Assembly (NCBI RefSeq): GCF_963921235.1
Contig: NC_086097.1
Coordinates: 124,001-188,000, forward strand
Direction of reading: 5' to 3'
Length of the DNA: 64,000 nt
DNA from: Mobula hypostoma
Lineage: Eukaryota
This document shows, piece after piece, positions 24,515-38,610 of the stretch (position 1 is the stretch's first letter; every line of letters starts with the position of its first letter). Under the pieces are notes generated by a model. That model was not told where the DNA came from. It was given only the letters and a program-made list of their open reading frames with translations, and did no database searches. Both the position numbers and the translations under genes were made by a program.

Positions 24515-27500
24515 CGATAGGTGCATGATTGGCAGGGGGTGGGGGGGGGGCAACGGTCCAGGTGCAGGTTAGAGTTTAGGCAGTTTAAATGGTTTGTCAC
24601 AGCCGAAGAGCCTGTTTCTATGCTGTACTTTTATATGATTCTATCAGACGTACAGCAAGGAACAGGGACATCGAGGAGCAGACAGGAAGACAGATTCTGC
24701 AAAGGTATAATAATAACAGGGCTGTTGTGGTGGGAGATTTTAATTTCCCAAATATTGATTGGCATCTACCTGGAGCGAGGGGTTTAGATGGGGTGGAGTT
24801 TGTCGGGTGTGATCAGGAAGGTTTCCTGACACAATATTCAGATAAGCCTACAAGAGGAGAGGCTGTACTTGATCTGGTGTTGGGAAATGAATCTGGTCAG
24901 GTGTAAGATCTCTCTCAGTGGGAGAGCATTTTGGAGATAGTGATCACAATTCTATCTCCTCTTACAATGGAGAGGGATAGGAACAGACAAGGTAGGAAAA
25001 CGTTTAATTGGAGTAAGGGGAATTATGAAGCTATTAGGCAGGAACTTGGAAGCATAAATTGGGAGCAAATGTTCTCAGGGAAATGTCCAGCAGAAATTTG
25101 ACAAATGTTCAAGGGACCCATGGTACCCTGATAATAAGGTATCCCATGCAAAGCTAATTGAGAAAGTAAGGAGGTATGGGATCCAACGGGACATTGCTTT
25201 ATGGATTCAGAATTGGCTTGCCCACAGAAGGGAAAGAGTGGTTGTGGACGGGTCATATTCTGCATGGAGGTCGGTGACCAGTGGTGTGCCTCAGGGATCT
25301 GTTCTGGGACCCTTACTCTTTGTGAATTTATAAATGACCTGGATGAGGAAGTGGAGGGATGAGTTAGCAAATTTGCTGATGACACAAAGGTTGGAGGTGT
25401 TGTGGATAGTGTGGAGGGCTGTCAGAAGTTACAACGGGACATTGATAGGATGCAAAACTGGGCTGAGATGTGGCAGATGGAGTTCAAACCAGGTAAGTGT
25501 GAAGTGGTTCATTTTAGTAGGTCAAATATGATGGAAGAATATAGTATTAATGGTAAGACTCCTGGCAGTGTGAAGGATCAGAGGGATCTTGGGGTCCGAG
25601 ACCATAGGACGCTCAAAGCAGCTGCACAGGTTGACTCTGTGGTTAAGGCGGCACACAGTGTATTGGCCTTCATCAATTGTGGAACTGAATTGAGGAGCCG
25701 AGAGGTAATGTTGCAGCTATATAGGACCCTGATCAGACCCCACTTGGAGTACGGTGCTCAATTCTGGTTGCCTCACTACAGGAAGGATGTGGAAGCCATA
25801 GAAAGGGTGCAGAGGAGATTTACAAGGATGCTGTCTGGATTGGGGAGCATGCCTTATGAAAACAGGTTGAGTGAACTCGGCCTTTTCTCCTTGGAGGGAC
25901 AGAGGATGGGAGGTGACCTGATAGAGGTGTATAAGATGATGAGAGGCATTGATCGTGTGGATGGTCAGAGGCTTTTTCCCAGGACTGAAATGGCTACCAC
26001 AAGAGGGCACAGGTTTAAGCTGCTTGGGAGTAGGTACAGAGGAGATGTCAGGGGTAAGTTTTTTTAAGCAAAGTGGTGAGTGTGTGGAATGTGCTGCCAG
26101 CAATAGGTACATATAGGTACCAATGACATTGGTAGGAAAAGGGAAGAGGTCCTGAAAAGAGACTATAGGGAGTTAGGAAGGGAGTTGAGTAGAAGGACTG
26201 CAAAGGTAGTAATCTCGGGATACTGCCTCTGCCACGTGACAGTGAGAGTAGGAATGGAATGAGGTGGAGAATAAATACATGGCTGAGGGATTTGAGCAGG
26301 GAGCAGGGATTCAAGTTTTTGGATCATTGGGACCTCTTTTGGGACAGGTGTGACCTGTACAAAAAGGACAGGTTGCACTTGAATCCTAGGGGGACCAATA
26401 TCCTGGCGGGGAGATTTGCGAAGGCTACTGAGAAGACTTTAAACTAGAATGGTTGGGGTGTGGGAATCAAATTGAAGAGACGAGGAGAGAGGAGGTTAGT
26501 TCACAAATAGAGAAAGCTAGTAGACAGTCTGTCAGGGAGGATAGGCAGGGGACAGAAAACGGGAGCACTCAGACCGACGATGTAGGGGAGAAGGAAGAAA
26601 AAGATAACAAAGTTGTTTGTTCCATTAGGAATAAACAAAGAGTAAGAGGTGGAGAGTTTCTGAAATGCATCTATTTTAATGCGAAGAGCATTGTAAGAAA
26701 GGTGGATGAGCTTAGAGCATGGATTGATACCTGGAAATATGATGTTGCAGCTATTAGTGAAACATGGTTGCAGAAGGGGTGTGATTGGCAACTAAATATT
26801 CCTGGATTTCGTTGCTTCAGGTGTGATAGAATCGGAGGGGCAAGAAGGGGAGGTGTTGCATTGCTTGTCAGAGAAAATATAACAGCTGTACTTTGGCAGG
26901 ATAGATTAGAGGACTCATCTAGGGAGGCTATATAGATGGAATTGAGGAATGGGAAAGGTGTAGTGATGCTTATAGGGGTGTATTATAGACCACCTAATGG
27001 GGAGCGAGAATTGGAGGAGCAAATTTGTAAAGAGATAGCAGATATTTGTAGTAAGCACAAGGTTGTGATTGTGGGAGATTTTAATTTTCCACACATTGAC
27101 TGGGAAGCCCATTCTGTAAAAAGGGCTGGATGGTTTGGAGTTTGTAAAATGTGTGCAAGATAGTTTTTTGCAGCAATACATAGAGGTACCAACTAGAGAA
27201 GGGGCAGTGTTGGATCTCCGGTTAGGGAATAAGATAGGGCAGGTAACGGAGGTATGTATTGGGGAGCACTTCGGGTCCAGTGATCACAATGCCATTAGTG
27301 TCAATATAATCATGGAGAAGGATAGGTCTGGACCCAGGGTTGAGATTTTTGATTGGAGAATGGCTAACTTTGAGGACATGCAAAAGGATTTAGAAGGAGT
27401 GGATTGGGGTAATTTGTTTAATGGGAAGGATGTAATAAAGAAATGGAGGTCATTTAAAGGTGAAATTTTGAGGGTAAAGGATCTTTATGTTCTGGTTAGG

Positions 27501-28057
27501 TTGAAAGGAAAGGTTAAAAGTTTGAGAGAGCCATGGTTTTCAAGGGATATTGGAAAATTGGTTCAGAAAAAGAGACAGATCTACAATAAATACAGGCAGC
27601 TTGGAGTAAATGAGGTGCTTGAGGAATATAAAGAATGTAAAAAGAATCTTAAGAAAGAAATTAGAAAAGCTAAAAGAAGATATGAGGTTGCTTTGGCAAG
27701 TGAGGTGTAAATAAATCCAAAGGGTTTCTACAGTTATATTAATAGCAAAAGGATAGAGAGGGATAAAATTGGTCCCTTAGAGAATCAGAGTGGACGGCTA
27801 TGTGCGGAGCCAAAAGAGATGGGGGAGATTTTGAACAATTTATTTTCTTTGGTATTCACTAAAGAGAAGGATATTGAATTGAGTAAGATAAGGGAAACAA
27901 GTAGGGTAGTTATGGAAACTATGATGATTAAAGAAGAGGAAGTACTGGCACTTTTAAGGAATAAAAAAGTGGATAAGTCTCCAGGTCCAAACAGGATATT
28001 CCCGAGATCTTGAGGGGAGTTAGTGTGGAAATAGCAGGGACTCTGACAGAAATATTT

Positions 28058-29127
28058 ATATTTAGACTTTATACTTTATTATCGCCAAACAATTGATACT
28101 AGAACGTACAATCATCACAGCGATATTTGATTCTGCGCTTCCTGCTCCCTGGATTACAAATTGATAGTAAATATTAAAAAATTTAAATTATAAATCATAA
28201 ATAGAAAATAGAAAAATGGAAAGTAAGGTAGTGCAAAAAAACTGAGAGGCAGGTCCGGATAATTGGAGGGTACGGCACAGATCCAGGTCAGGATCCGTTC
28301 AGCAGTCTTATCACAGTTGGAGAGAAGCTGTTCCCAAATCTGGCCGTACGAGTCTTCAAGCTCCTGAGCCTTCTCCCAGAGGGCAGAGGGACGAAAAGTG
28401 TATTGGCTGGGTGGGTTGTGTCTTTGATTATCTTGGCAGCACTGTTCCGACAGCATGCGGTGTAAAGTGAGTCCAAGGACAGAAGATTGGTTTATGTGAT
28501 GTGCTGCACCGTGTTCACGATCTTCTGCAGCTTCTTCCGGTCTTGGACAGGACAACTTCCATACCAGGTTGTGATGCACCCTAGAAGAATGCTTTCTACG
28601 GTGCATCTATCAAAATTGGTGAGGGTTTTAGGGGACAGGCCAAATTTCTTTAGTTTTCTCAGGAAGTAAAGGCGCTGGTGGGCCTTCTTGGCAGTGGACT
28701 CTGCTTGGTTGGACCAAGTCAGGTCATTTGTGATATTGACCCTGAGGAACTTAAAGCTTTTGACCTGTTCCACTTGCGCACCACCGATGTAAATTGGGTC
28801 GTGCGGTCCACTACTTCTTCTGAAGTCAACAACCAATTCCTTCGTTTTGCTGACGTTGAGGGATAGGTTATTGTCTTCACATCATGCCACCAGGTTCTTA
28901 ATTTCCTCTCTGTACTCAAACTCATCATTACCCGAGATATGTCCTACAATTGTTGTGTCATCAGCAAACTCATATATTGAGTTCGATGGAAACTTGGCTT
29001 CACAACCATGGGTGTACAGTGAGTACAGCAGAGGGCTGAGTACACAGCCTTGTGGGGCACCGGTGCTCAGAGTGATTGTAGAGGAGAGCTTGTCCCCTAT
29101 TTTTACAGCCTGGGTCCTGTCTGTGTA
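28058..29127 (-). mobile_element. Rex1/Babar-like LINE 3' part nested in CR1
   Basis: FADDTTIVG, KKAHQRLYFLRKL and SFSPTVIRLLN; ATTT duplicated at 28054-28057 and 29128-29131; removing it restores host EIFQMS. Confidence 0.88.
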
Positions 29128-30480
29128 ATTTCAAATGTCATTAGAAACAAGGGATGGTGCCGGAAGATTGGCGTATTGCTCATGTTGTTTTATTGTTTAA
29201 AAAGGGATCTAAGAGTAAATTTAGCAATTATCGGCCTGTGAGTTTGACGTCAGTGGTGGGTAAATTGATGGAAAGTATTCTTAGAGGTGGCATATATAAT
29301 TATCTGGATAGACAGGGTCTGATTAGGAACAGTCAACATGGATTTGTGCGTGGAAGGTCATGTTTGACAAATCTTATTGAATTTTTTGATGAGGTTACTA
29401 GGAAGGTTGAGGAGGGTAAAGTGGTGAATGTTGTCTGTATGGACTTCAGTAAGGCCTTTGACAAGGTTCCACACGGAAAGTTAGTTAGGAAGGTTCAATC
29501 GTTAGGTATTAATATCGAAGTAGTGAAATAGATTCAGCCGTGGCTGGATGGGAGATGCCAGAGAGTAGTGGTGGATAACTGTGTGTCAGGTTGGAGGACG
29601 GTGTCTAGTGGTGTGCCTCAGGGATCTGTACTGGGTCCAATGTTGTTTGTCATATATATTAATGATCTGGATGATGGGGTGGTAAATTGGATTAGTAAGT
29701 ATGCAGATGATACTAAGATAGGTGGAGTTGTGGATAATGAAGTAGGTTGTCAAAGCTTGCAGAGAGATTTAGACCACTTAGAAGAGTGGGCTGAAAGATG
29801 GCAGATGGAGTTTAATGCTGATAAATGTGAGGTGATACATTTTGGTAGGACTAATCAAAATAGGACATACATGGTAAATGGTAGGGCACTGAAGAATGCA
29901 GTGGAACAGGGGGACCTAGGAATAATGGTGCATAGTTCCCTGAAGGTGGAATCTCATGTGGATAGGGTGGTGAAGAAAGCTTTTGGTATACTGGCCTTTA
30001 TTAATCAGAGCATTGAGTATAGGAGTTGGGATGTAATGTTGAAATTGTATAAGGTATTGGTAAGGTCAAATTTAGAGTCTTGTGTACAGTTCTGGTCACC
30101 AAATTATAGGAAAAATGTCAATAAAATTGAGAGAGTACAGAGGAGATTTACTAGAATGTTGCTTGGGTTTCATCTCCTAAATTACATAGAAAAGTTGAAT
30201 AAGTTGGGTCTTCATTCTTTGGAGTGTATAGGGTTGAGGGGGGGATTTGATAGAGGTATCTAAAATTATGAGGGGGATAGATAGAGTTGATGTGGATCGG
30301 CTTTTTCCATTGAGAGTGGGGGAGCTTCAAACAAGAGGACATGAGTTGAGAGTTAAAGGGCAAAAGTTTAGGGGTAATATGAGGGGAAACTTCTTTACTC
30401 AGAGAGTAGTAGCTGTGTGGAACGAGCTTCCAGCAGAAATGGTTGAGGCAGGTTCGATGTTGTCATTTAAGGTTAAATTG

Positions 30481-31117
30481 ACAATAGACAATAGACAGTA
30501 GGTGCAGGAGTAGGCCATTTGGCCCTTTGAGCCAGCACAGCCATTCACTGTGATCATGGCTGATCATCCACAATCAGTATCCAGTTCCTGCCTTATCCCC
30601 ATAACCTCTGATTCCGCTATCTTTAAGAGCTCTATTCATCTCTTTTTTGAAAGCATCCAGAGACTTGGCCTCCACAGCCTTCTGGGGCAGAGCATTCCAG
30701 ATATCCACCACTCTCTGGGTGAAAAAGTTTTTCCTCAACTCCATTCTAAATGGCCTACCCCTAATTCTTAAACTGTGGCCTCTGGTTCTGGACTCACCCA
30801 TCAGCGGGAACATGCTTCCTGCCTCCAGTGTGTCCAATCCCTTAAAAATCTTATATGTTTCAATAAGATCCCCTCTCAGCCTTCTAAATTCCAGAGTATA
30901 CAAGCCCAGTCACTCCAATCTTTCGATATATGACAGTCCCGCCATCCTGGGAATTAACCTTGTGAACCTACGCTGCACTCCCTCAATAGCAAGAATGCCC
31001 TTCCTCAAATTTGGAGACCAAAACTGCGCACAGTACTCCAGGTGTGGTCCCACCAGGGCCCTGTACAGCTGCAGAAGGACCTCTTTGCTCTTATTCTCAA
31101 TTCCCCTTGTTATGAAG
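30481..31117 (-). mobile_element. CR1 3' fragment (A-related) nested in the CR1 subfamily E 3' end
   Basis: (ACAATAG)n tail on the plus strand; LEFRRLRGDLIETYKI. Confidence 0.88.
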
Positions 31118-31437
31118 GGTAGATATATGGACAGGAAAGGAATGGAGGGTTATGGGCTGAGTGCAGATAGGTGGGACTAGGTGAGACTAAGAGTTCGGCA
31201 CGGACTAGAAGGGCCGAGATGGCCTATTTCCGTGCTGTAATTGTTATATGGTTATATGGCAATGGTGGTGGAGGCGGATACGATAGGGTCTTTTAAGACT
31301 CTTTTGGATAGGTACATGGAGCTTAGAAAAATAGAGAGCTATGGGTAAGCCTAGTAATTTCTATGGTAAGGACATGTTCGGCACAACTTTTTGGGCCAAA
31401 GGGCCTGTATTGTGCTGTAAGTTTTCAACGTTTCTAT

Positions 31438-33480
31438 GGATATTTGCGTGGTGTTCTGCACAGGTACGTTCCAATGAAATAGGGAAAGGATGGTAAGATA
31501 CAGGAACCGTGGTGTACAAAGGCTATTGAAAATCTAGTCAAGAAGAAAATATTACGAAAGGTTAAAAAAAAGCTAGGTAATGACAGAGATCTAGAAAATT
31601 ATAAGGCTAGCAAGAAGGAGCTTAAGAATGAAATTAGCAGAGCCAGAAGGGGCCTTGAGAAGGCCTTGGCAGACAGGATTAAGGAAAACCCCTAGTCATT
31701 CTGCAAGTATGTGAAGAGTAAGAGGATAAGGTGTGGAGAGAATAGAACCAATCAAGTGTGACAGTGGAAAAGTGTATATGGAACCGGAAGAGATAGCGTT
31801 GGTACTTAATGAATACTCTGCTTCAGTATTCACTACGGAAAAGGAGCCTGGCAATTGTAGGGATGACACAGCGGACTGAAAAGTTTGATCATAAAGACAT
31901 TAAGAAAGAGGATGTGCTAGAGCTTTTGGAAAGCATCAAGTTGGATAACTCACCGGGACTGGACAAGATATAGGCTATTGTGGGAGGCGAGGGAGGAGTT
32001 TGCTGAGCCTCTGGCAATGATCTTTGCATCATCAGTGGGAACGGGAGAGGGTCCAGAGGATTGGAGGGTTGCAGATGTTTTTCCCTTATTCAAGAAAGGG
32101 TGTAGATATAGCCCAGGAAATTATAGACCACTGAGTTTTGCTTCAGTGGTTGGTAAGCTGATGGAAAAGATCCTGAGAGGCAGGATTTATGAACATTTGG
32201 AGAGGCATAATATGATTAGGAATAGTCAGCATGGCTTTGTCAAAGGCAGGTCATGCCTTACAAACCAAGGTTGAATATTTTGAGGATGTGACTAAACAGA
32301 TTGATGGAGGTAGTGCAGTTGATGTAGTTTATATGGATTTCAGCAAGGCATTTGACAAGGTATCCCATGCAAAGCTTATTGAGAAAGTAAGGAGGCATGG
32401 GATCCAAGGGGACATTGCTTTGTGGATCCAGAATTGGCTTGCCCACAGAAAGCAGTGTGGTTGTAGACGGGTCATATTCTACATGGAGGTTGGTGACCAG
32501 TGGTGTGCCTTGAGGATCTGTTCTGGGACCCCAACTCTTTGTGATTTTTATAAATGACCTGGATAAGGAACTGGAGGGATAGGTTAGTAAATTTGGTGAT
32601 GACACAAAGGTTGGGGTGTTGTGGATAGTGTGAAGGGCTGTTAGAGGTTACAGCAGGACATTGATAGGATATAAAACTGGGCTGAGAAGTGGCAGATGGA
32701 GTTCAACCCAGATGAATGTTAGTTGGTTCATTTTGGTAGATCAAATATGATGGCAGAATGTAGTAGTAATGGTAAGACTCCTGGCAGTGTGGAGGATCAG
32801 TGGGATCTTGGGATCGAAGTCCATAAGACACTCAAAGCTGCTGCGCAGGTTGACTCTGTGGTTAAGAAGGCATATGGTCTACTGGCCTTCATCAACTGTG
32901 GGATTGAGTTTAAGAGCTGAGAGGTAATGTTACAGCTATATCGGACCCTGGTCAGACCCCACTTGGAGTACCATGCTTAGTTCTGGCCACCTCACTACAG
33001 GAAGGATGTGGAAACTATAGAAAGGGTGCAAAGGAGATTTACAAGGATGTTGCCTGGATTGGGGAACATGCCTTATGAGAACAGGCTGAGTGAACTCGGC
33101 CTTTTCTTCTTGGAGCAACGGAGGATGATGGGTGACCTGATAGGGGTGTATAAGATGATGAGAGGCATTGATCGTGTGGATAGTCAGAGGCTTTTTCCCA
33201 GGGCTGAAATGGATAACATTTTAAGGTGCTTAGAAGTACGTACAGAGGTGATGTCAGGGGTAAGTTTCTTTTTACTCAGAGGGTGCTGAGTGCGTGGAAT
33301 GGGCTGCCAGCGATGGCGGTGGAGGCGGATATGATGAGACTCTTGGATAGGTACATGGAGTTTAGAAAAATAGAGGGCAATGGGTAACTCTAGATAATTT
33401 CTAAAGTAAGGACATGTTCAGCACAGCATTATTGGCCGAAGAGCACGTATTGTGCTGTAGGTTTTCATTGTTTCTATGTC
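31438..33480 (+). mobile_element. CR1 (subfamily D), 5'-truncated and decayed
   Basis: Colinear with 39260-41325. Confidence 0.92.
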
Positions 33481-33619
33481 CCTACTGCTAGTCATTTACA
33501 TTAATGAATATCGATGGCATATTAAGTTTGCAGATTGGTGGTGTGGTTGACAGTGAACAAGGTTGTCTAAAATTACAAGTAGACCTCAATCAGCTGGGAA
33601 ATTCAGGACAGCAATGGCA

Positions 33620-34110
33620 AAAGGAACCTGATGTTTGATGCTTTCTTTGAATGGGTTCCAATGTGTTTCTTTGCTTCGTGGCTGTCAGCTGGAAGACAGA
33701 TCTCAGGGTTGTATACTGCACATATCATCATCATGTGCTGTGTTGTATGACATAGGCAATCACAACCCCATGACCATGAATGTTCTTGGCAAAATCTTCT
33801 ACAGAAGTGGTTTGTCATTGCCTTCTTCTGGGCAATGTCTTTAAAAGGCAGGTGACCCCAGCCATTATCACTACACTTCAGAAATTGTCAGCCTGATGTC
33901 AGTGGTCACATAACTAGGACTTGTGATATGCATCAGCTACTCATATGACCATCCACCATGGATTCACATGACCCTGAATGGTGGGGTGGGGGGGGGGGAA
34001 GAAGGGGTTGCTACAAAGATGCTCCACCTTGACCAAGGGTGACCTGCAGGCTGGCAGAGGGAAGGAGCACCTTACACGTCCTTTGGCAGCGATGCATCTC
34101 CATCCCATCA
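33620..34110 (-). mobile_element. Probable RTE-related short retroposon
   Basis: AGAAGTGGTTTGTCATTGCCTTC motif and CATCATCAT tract recall RTE-family sequences. Confidence 0.4.
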
Positions 34111-34169
34111 CCCTACACCGCATACATATTTTGACAATAAATATATTTGAATCTCTTTGAATTTAACTC

Positions 34170-34910
34170 AGACAAGTAGAGGGGATGCATTTTGGGAAGT
34201 TAAACCAGGGCAGGATTTGCACACTGAATGGCAGGGCTCTGGGAAGTGTTGTAGAACAGAGAGACTGAGGGGTACAGAAACATATTTCCCTGAAAGCATT
34301 AGAAAGCTGATAAAGAAGGCATATGACACGTTGGTATTCAATTGATTGGCACTAAGTACAAGAGTTAGGAAGTCAGGTTACTGCTGTACAACATGTAGGT
34401 GAGACCACACTTGGCATATTGTGTATTCTGGTTGCCATTCTATAGAATGGATATGATTAATCTGGAGATGGTGCAGAAAAGTTTCACAGGACCGGAGGGC
34501 TTGAGTTTTAAGGACTGGATGGTCTGGGACTGTTTATCCCTGGAGTGAAAGAGGCTGAGTGGTGACATATGGAGGTTTATAAAATCCTCAGGGGCAGGAA
34601 AAAGGTGGATGGTCACAGTCTTCTTCCCAAGGTAGGGGAGTCTCAAACTAGAGGTAAAAGAGGAAAGATTTAAAAGGGTACTAAGCAGCAAGATTTTCCA
34701 CACACAGTGGAGAGTATATAGAAAAAGATGCCGCAGGAAGATGTGGAGGCAGATACAATGACAGCATTTTTTTAAAAAAACACACTTGCAGATACATGGA
34801 TATTAAAAGGGTTAGGGGGTTATGGGCCAAATGCAGGCAAATAGGACAAACTCAGGAAGATATTTGATCAGGATGGATGAGTTGGGCTGAAGGGCCTGAT
34901 TCTATACAAT
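34170..34910 (+). mobile_element. Old, decayed CR1 3' fragment
   Basis: Decayed VRPHL.YC and GPNAG/tail motifs. Confidence 0.7.
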
Positions 34911-35368
34911 ACTGCCTCACCTCTGAAGGGAGAAAAAGCAAAGAATTATGGACTCAGAAGCCAAAAAATCAGTGGTAGGGAACTGCTCTAATCTATTGTG
35001 AAAGATGGAATAAAAGAAGGCTAAAACAGCAGGACAAGTTTCCCCAGCAGAGACCAGTAACAAAAGTATAAATTTAAATCAGTGGGTGGAAAGATTAAGG
35101 AGGGTTGAGGAACATTTCTACTATCCAAAGAGAAGCATGGCTTCAGAACATATACCGGAGATCAGAAATTCCTGCCCACTTGGCAGGTCCAACTGAGAAG
35201 CTGCCTAAAGTCACTGTCCTGCTTGACTCTCAGACAGGCATTATTGGACATCTTCATCAATCCCAGGAACAAGGTCAAAAACTGAAGCACCCTTACACAA
35301 TCTCTCCTGATCTTTACTCTTCATCTAGTTTACAGATAGAAATGATTATTAACTGTTGCATCATTTAC

Positions 35369-35533
35369 CATCAGTTCCTGAAGTGATCCATCCACGTGAT
35401 CCTTGCAGTTCTTGTGTGAGATGCAACTGCTATATTTTTCTGTCATTAACTGCAACCAGTTTTGGAACTTCTCCAGACTGTCCAGGTAAAGCTGGTGATC
35501 TTGCACTATTTCTTCCAAAACAGTCACCTTTTG
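35369..35533 (-). CDS. SYNE3: Nesprin-3 internal exon (QKVTVLEEIVQDHQLYLDSLEKFQNWLQLM...LQELM)
   Basis: tcttAG|CAA acceptor and ATG|GTaaat donor; 165 nt, phase 0-0; spectrin-repeat F..WL motif; in frame with the flanking exons. Confidence 0.88.
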
Positions 35534-36431
35534 CTAAGATATGAAAAATTGTTGTGAAATCTCACAGAATTAATTACTGTCAACATCAACCTGATTATTT
35601 TCATGAGAAGTCTCCCAACTTTGAGTCATGTGGATCACTCCCTATCATTCCTCACACAGTGTTGCAGCTCTCTCTCAAACACATTGTTGCTTTGAAACAC
35701 ACAGGCTAGATCCTTCTTCTTCACCTGTATTACTCACATCAAGTGTTCACTTGGAGTGCTTTCCAGTTTTAGACATTTTATTCTGCAAAATTAAACATGT
35801 TGTACATAGACCTGTCATTGTTCTGCATGATAATAATCAGCTTTTTTTAAATCATCCAATCATAGGGATTATAAATCTTTGAACAACATTTGTAGAATCT
35901 TCACTTTTTAGTTATCGAGCTTAGCACAGCCACAAAATACTTTGCACATATAGCTGTGTTACTGTTTCTGCTGCTACACCAGCCATTCTGTAAGTTTAAA
36001 TGACAGCTAACTTATCTTGAAGTGTTAAGCATCACTCAGCCATAACCATTACATGAGATGACTCAATAAACTTATGACTGAATTACTATCAACATGACTG
36101 TTAAATCCTACACATTCTAAATTAACAAATTTCACGACACATGCCGGTGATAATAATCCTGATTCTGATTCCATGACAGGCATCGTAAGAATACTTTAGT
36201 CTGTATAGGACCATAAGACATAGCACCAGAATTAGGACATTTGGCCCATCGATCCTGATCCAGCATTCCTGGCTGATTTGCTGTTTTTTTTATTCTCCCC
36301 TTTACAAATCAAGAACCTTCAATCACTGTTGTGAATATACCCAATGGCTTGTCTTCAACAGCCCTTCATTGCAATGAGTTCCACAGATTCACCACTCTCT
36401 GGCTGAAGAAATTCTTCCTCATCTTGGTTTG

Positions 36432-38610
36432 AATTATCATGGAAAAGGATAGAATCAGAGAGGACAGGAAAATTTTTAATTGGGGAAGAACAAATTATGA
36501 GGCGATAAGGCTAGAACTTGCGGGTGTGAATTGCAATGATGTTTTTGCAGGGAAATGTACTATGGACATGTGGTCGATGTTTAGGGATCTCTTGCAGGAT
36601 GTTAGGGTAAGTTTGTCCCGGTGAGGGAGATAAAGAATGGTAGGGTGAAGGAACCATGGGTGACAAGTGAGGTGGAAAATCTAGTCAGGTGGAAGAAGGC
36701 AGCATACATGAGGTTTAGGAAGCAAGGATCAGATGGGTCTATTGAGGAATATAGGGCAGCAAGAAAGGAGCTTAAGAAGGGGGCATGAGAAGGCCCTGGC
36801 GAGTAGGGTAAAGGAAAACACCAAGGCATTCTTCAATTATGTGAAGAACAAAAGGATGACAGGAGCGAAGGTAGGACCCAGAGATAGGAAGATGTGCCTG
36901 GAGGCTGTGGAAGTGAGTGAGGTCCTCAATGAATACTTCTCTTCAGTATTCATCAATGAGAGGGACCTTAATGACGTTCAGGACAATATGTGTGAGGCTG
37001 ATGTTCTGGAGCATGCTGATATCAAGGGAGAGGAGGTGTTGGAGTTGTTAAAATACATTAGGACGGATAAGTCCCCGGGGCCTGAAGGAATATTCCCTAG
37101 GTGGCTCCACGAGGCGAGGGAAGAGATTGCTGAGCCTCTGGCTAGGATCTTTATGTCCTCGTTGTCCACGGGAATAGTACCGGAAGATTGCAGGGAGGCG
37201 AATGTTGTCCCCTTGTTCAAAAAAGGTAGTAGGGATAGTCCAGGTAATTATAGACCAGTGAGCCTTACGTTTGTGGTGGGAAAGCTGTTGGAAAAGATTC
37301 TTAGAGATTGGATCAATGGGCATTTAAAGAATCATGGTCTGATCAGGGACAGTCAGCATGGCTTTGTGAAGGGCAAATCGTGTCTAACAAGCCTGATAGA
37401 GTTCTTTGAGGAGGTGACCAGGCATATAGATGAGGGTAGTGCAGTGGATATGATCTACATGGATTTTAGTAAGGCATTTGACAAGGTTCTACACGGTAGG
37501 CTTATTCAGAAAGTCAAAAGGCATGGGATCCAGGGAAGTTTGGCCAGGTGGATTCAGAATTGGCTTGCCTGCAGGAGGCAGAGGGTCGTGGTGGAGGGAG
37601 TACATTCAGATTGGAGGGTTGTGACTAATGGTGTCCCACAGGATCTGTTCTGGGACCTCCACTTTTCATGATTTTTATTAATGACCTGGATGTAGGGGTA
37701 GAAGGGTGGGTTGGCAAGTTTGCAGACAACACAAAGGTTGGTGGTGTTGTGGATGGTGTAGAGGATTGTCGAAGATTGCAGAGAGACATAGATAGGATGC
37801 AGAAGTGGGCTGAGAAGTGGCAGATGGAGTTCAACCCGGAGAAGTGTGAGGTGGTACACTTTGAAAGGACAAACTGTAAGGCAGAGTACAAAGTAAATGG
37901 CAGGACACTTGGTAGTGGAGGAGCAGCGGGATCTCGGGGTACATGTCCACAGATCCCTGAAAGTTGCCTCACAGGTAGATAGGGTAGTTAAGAAAGCTTT
38001 TTCTGGGGTGTTAGATTTTATAAGTCGAGGGATAGAGTTTAAGAGTCGTGAGGTAATGAAGCAGATCTATAAAACTTTGGTTAGGCCACACTCGGAGTAC
38101 TGTGTCCAGTTCTGGTCGCCTCACTATAGGAAGGATGTGGAAGCATTGGAAAGGGTACAGAGGAGATTTACCAGGATGCTGCCTGGTTTAGAGAGTATGG
38201 ATTATGATCAGAGATTAAGGAAGCTAGGGCTTTACTCTTTGGAGAGAAGGAGGATGAGAGGAGACATGATAGAGGTATTAATAGGAATAGATAGAGTGGA
38301 TAGCCAGCACCTCTTCCCCAGGGCACCACTGCTCAGTACAAAAGGACATGCCTTTAAGGTAAGGGGTGGGAAGTTCAAGGGGGATATTAGAGGAAGGTTT
38401 TTTACTCAGAGAGTGGTTGGTGCCTGGAATGCACTGCCTGAGTCAGTGGTTGTGGCAAATACACCAGTGAAATTTAAGAGACTACTAGACATGAATATGG
38501 AGGAATTTAAGGTGGGAGGGTTATATGGGAGGGGGAGGCAGGGTTTAAGGGTCAGCACAACATTGTGGGTTGAAGGGCCTGTACTGTGCTGCACTATTCC
38601 ATGTTCTATG
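36432..38610 (+). mobile_element. CR1 (subfamily B), 5'-truncated
   Basis: RT ORFs at 36733-38631 with frameshifts; inverted relative to 16733-18940. Confidence 0.94.

Larger units (their letters stand above)
26105..31258 (+). mobile_element. CR1 (subfamily E): ORF1 esterase C-half and ORF2, twice interrupted
   Basis: GTNDIG and D.LH.N esterase motifs, EN domain, RT with KYADDTK, (GTTATATG)n tail. Confidence 0.92.
24655..31437 (+). mobile_element. CR1 (subfamily D) with an internal deletion; body 24655-26104, 3' end resumes at about 31259-31437
   Basis: EN and RT motifs; split by a nested CR1 with duplicated GCAAT (26100-26104 and 31259-31263). Confidence 0.85.
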
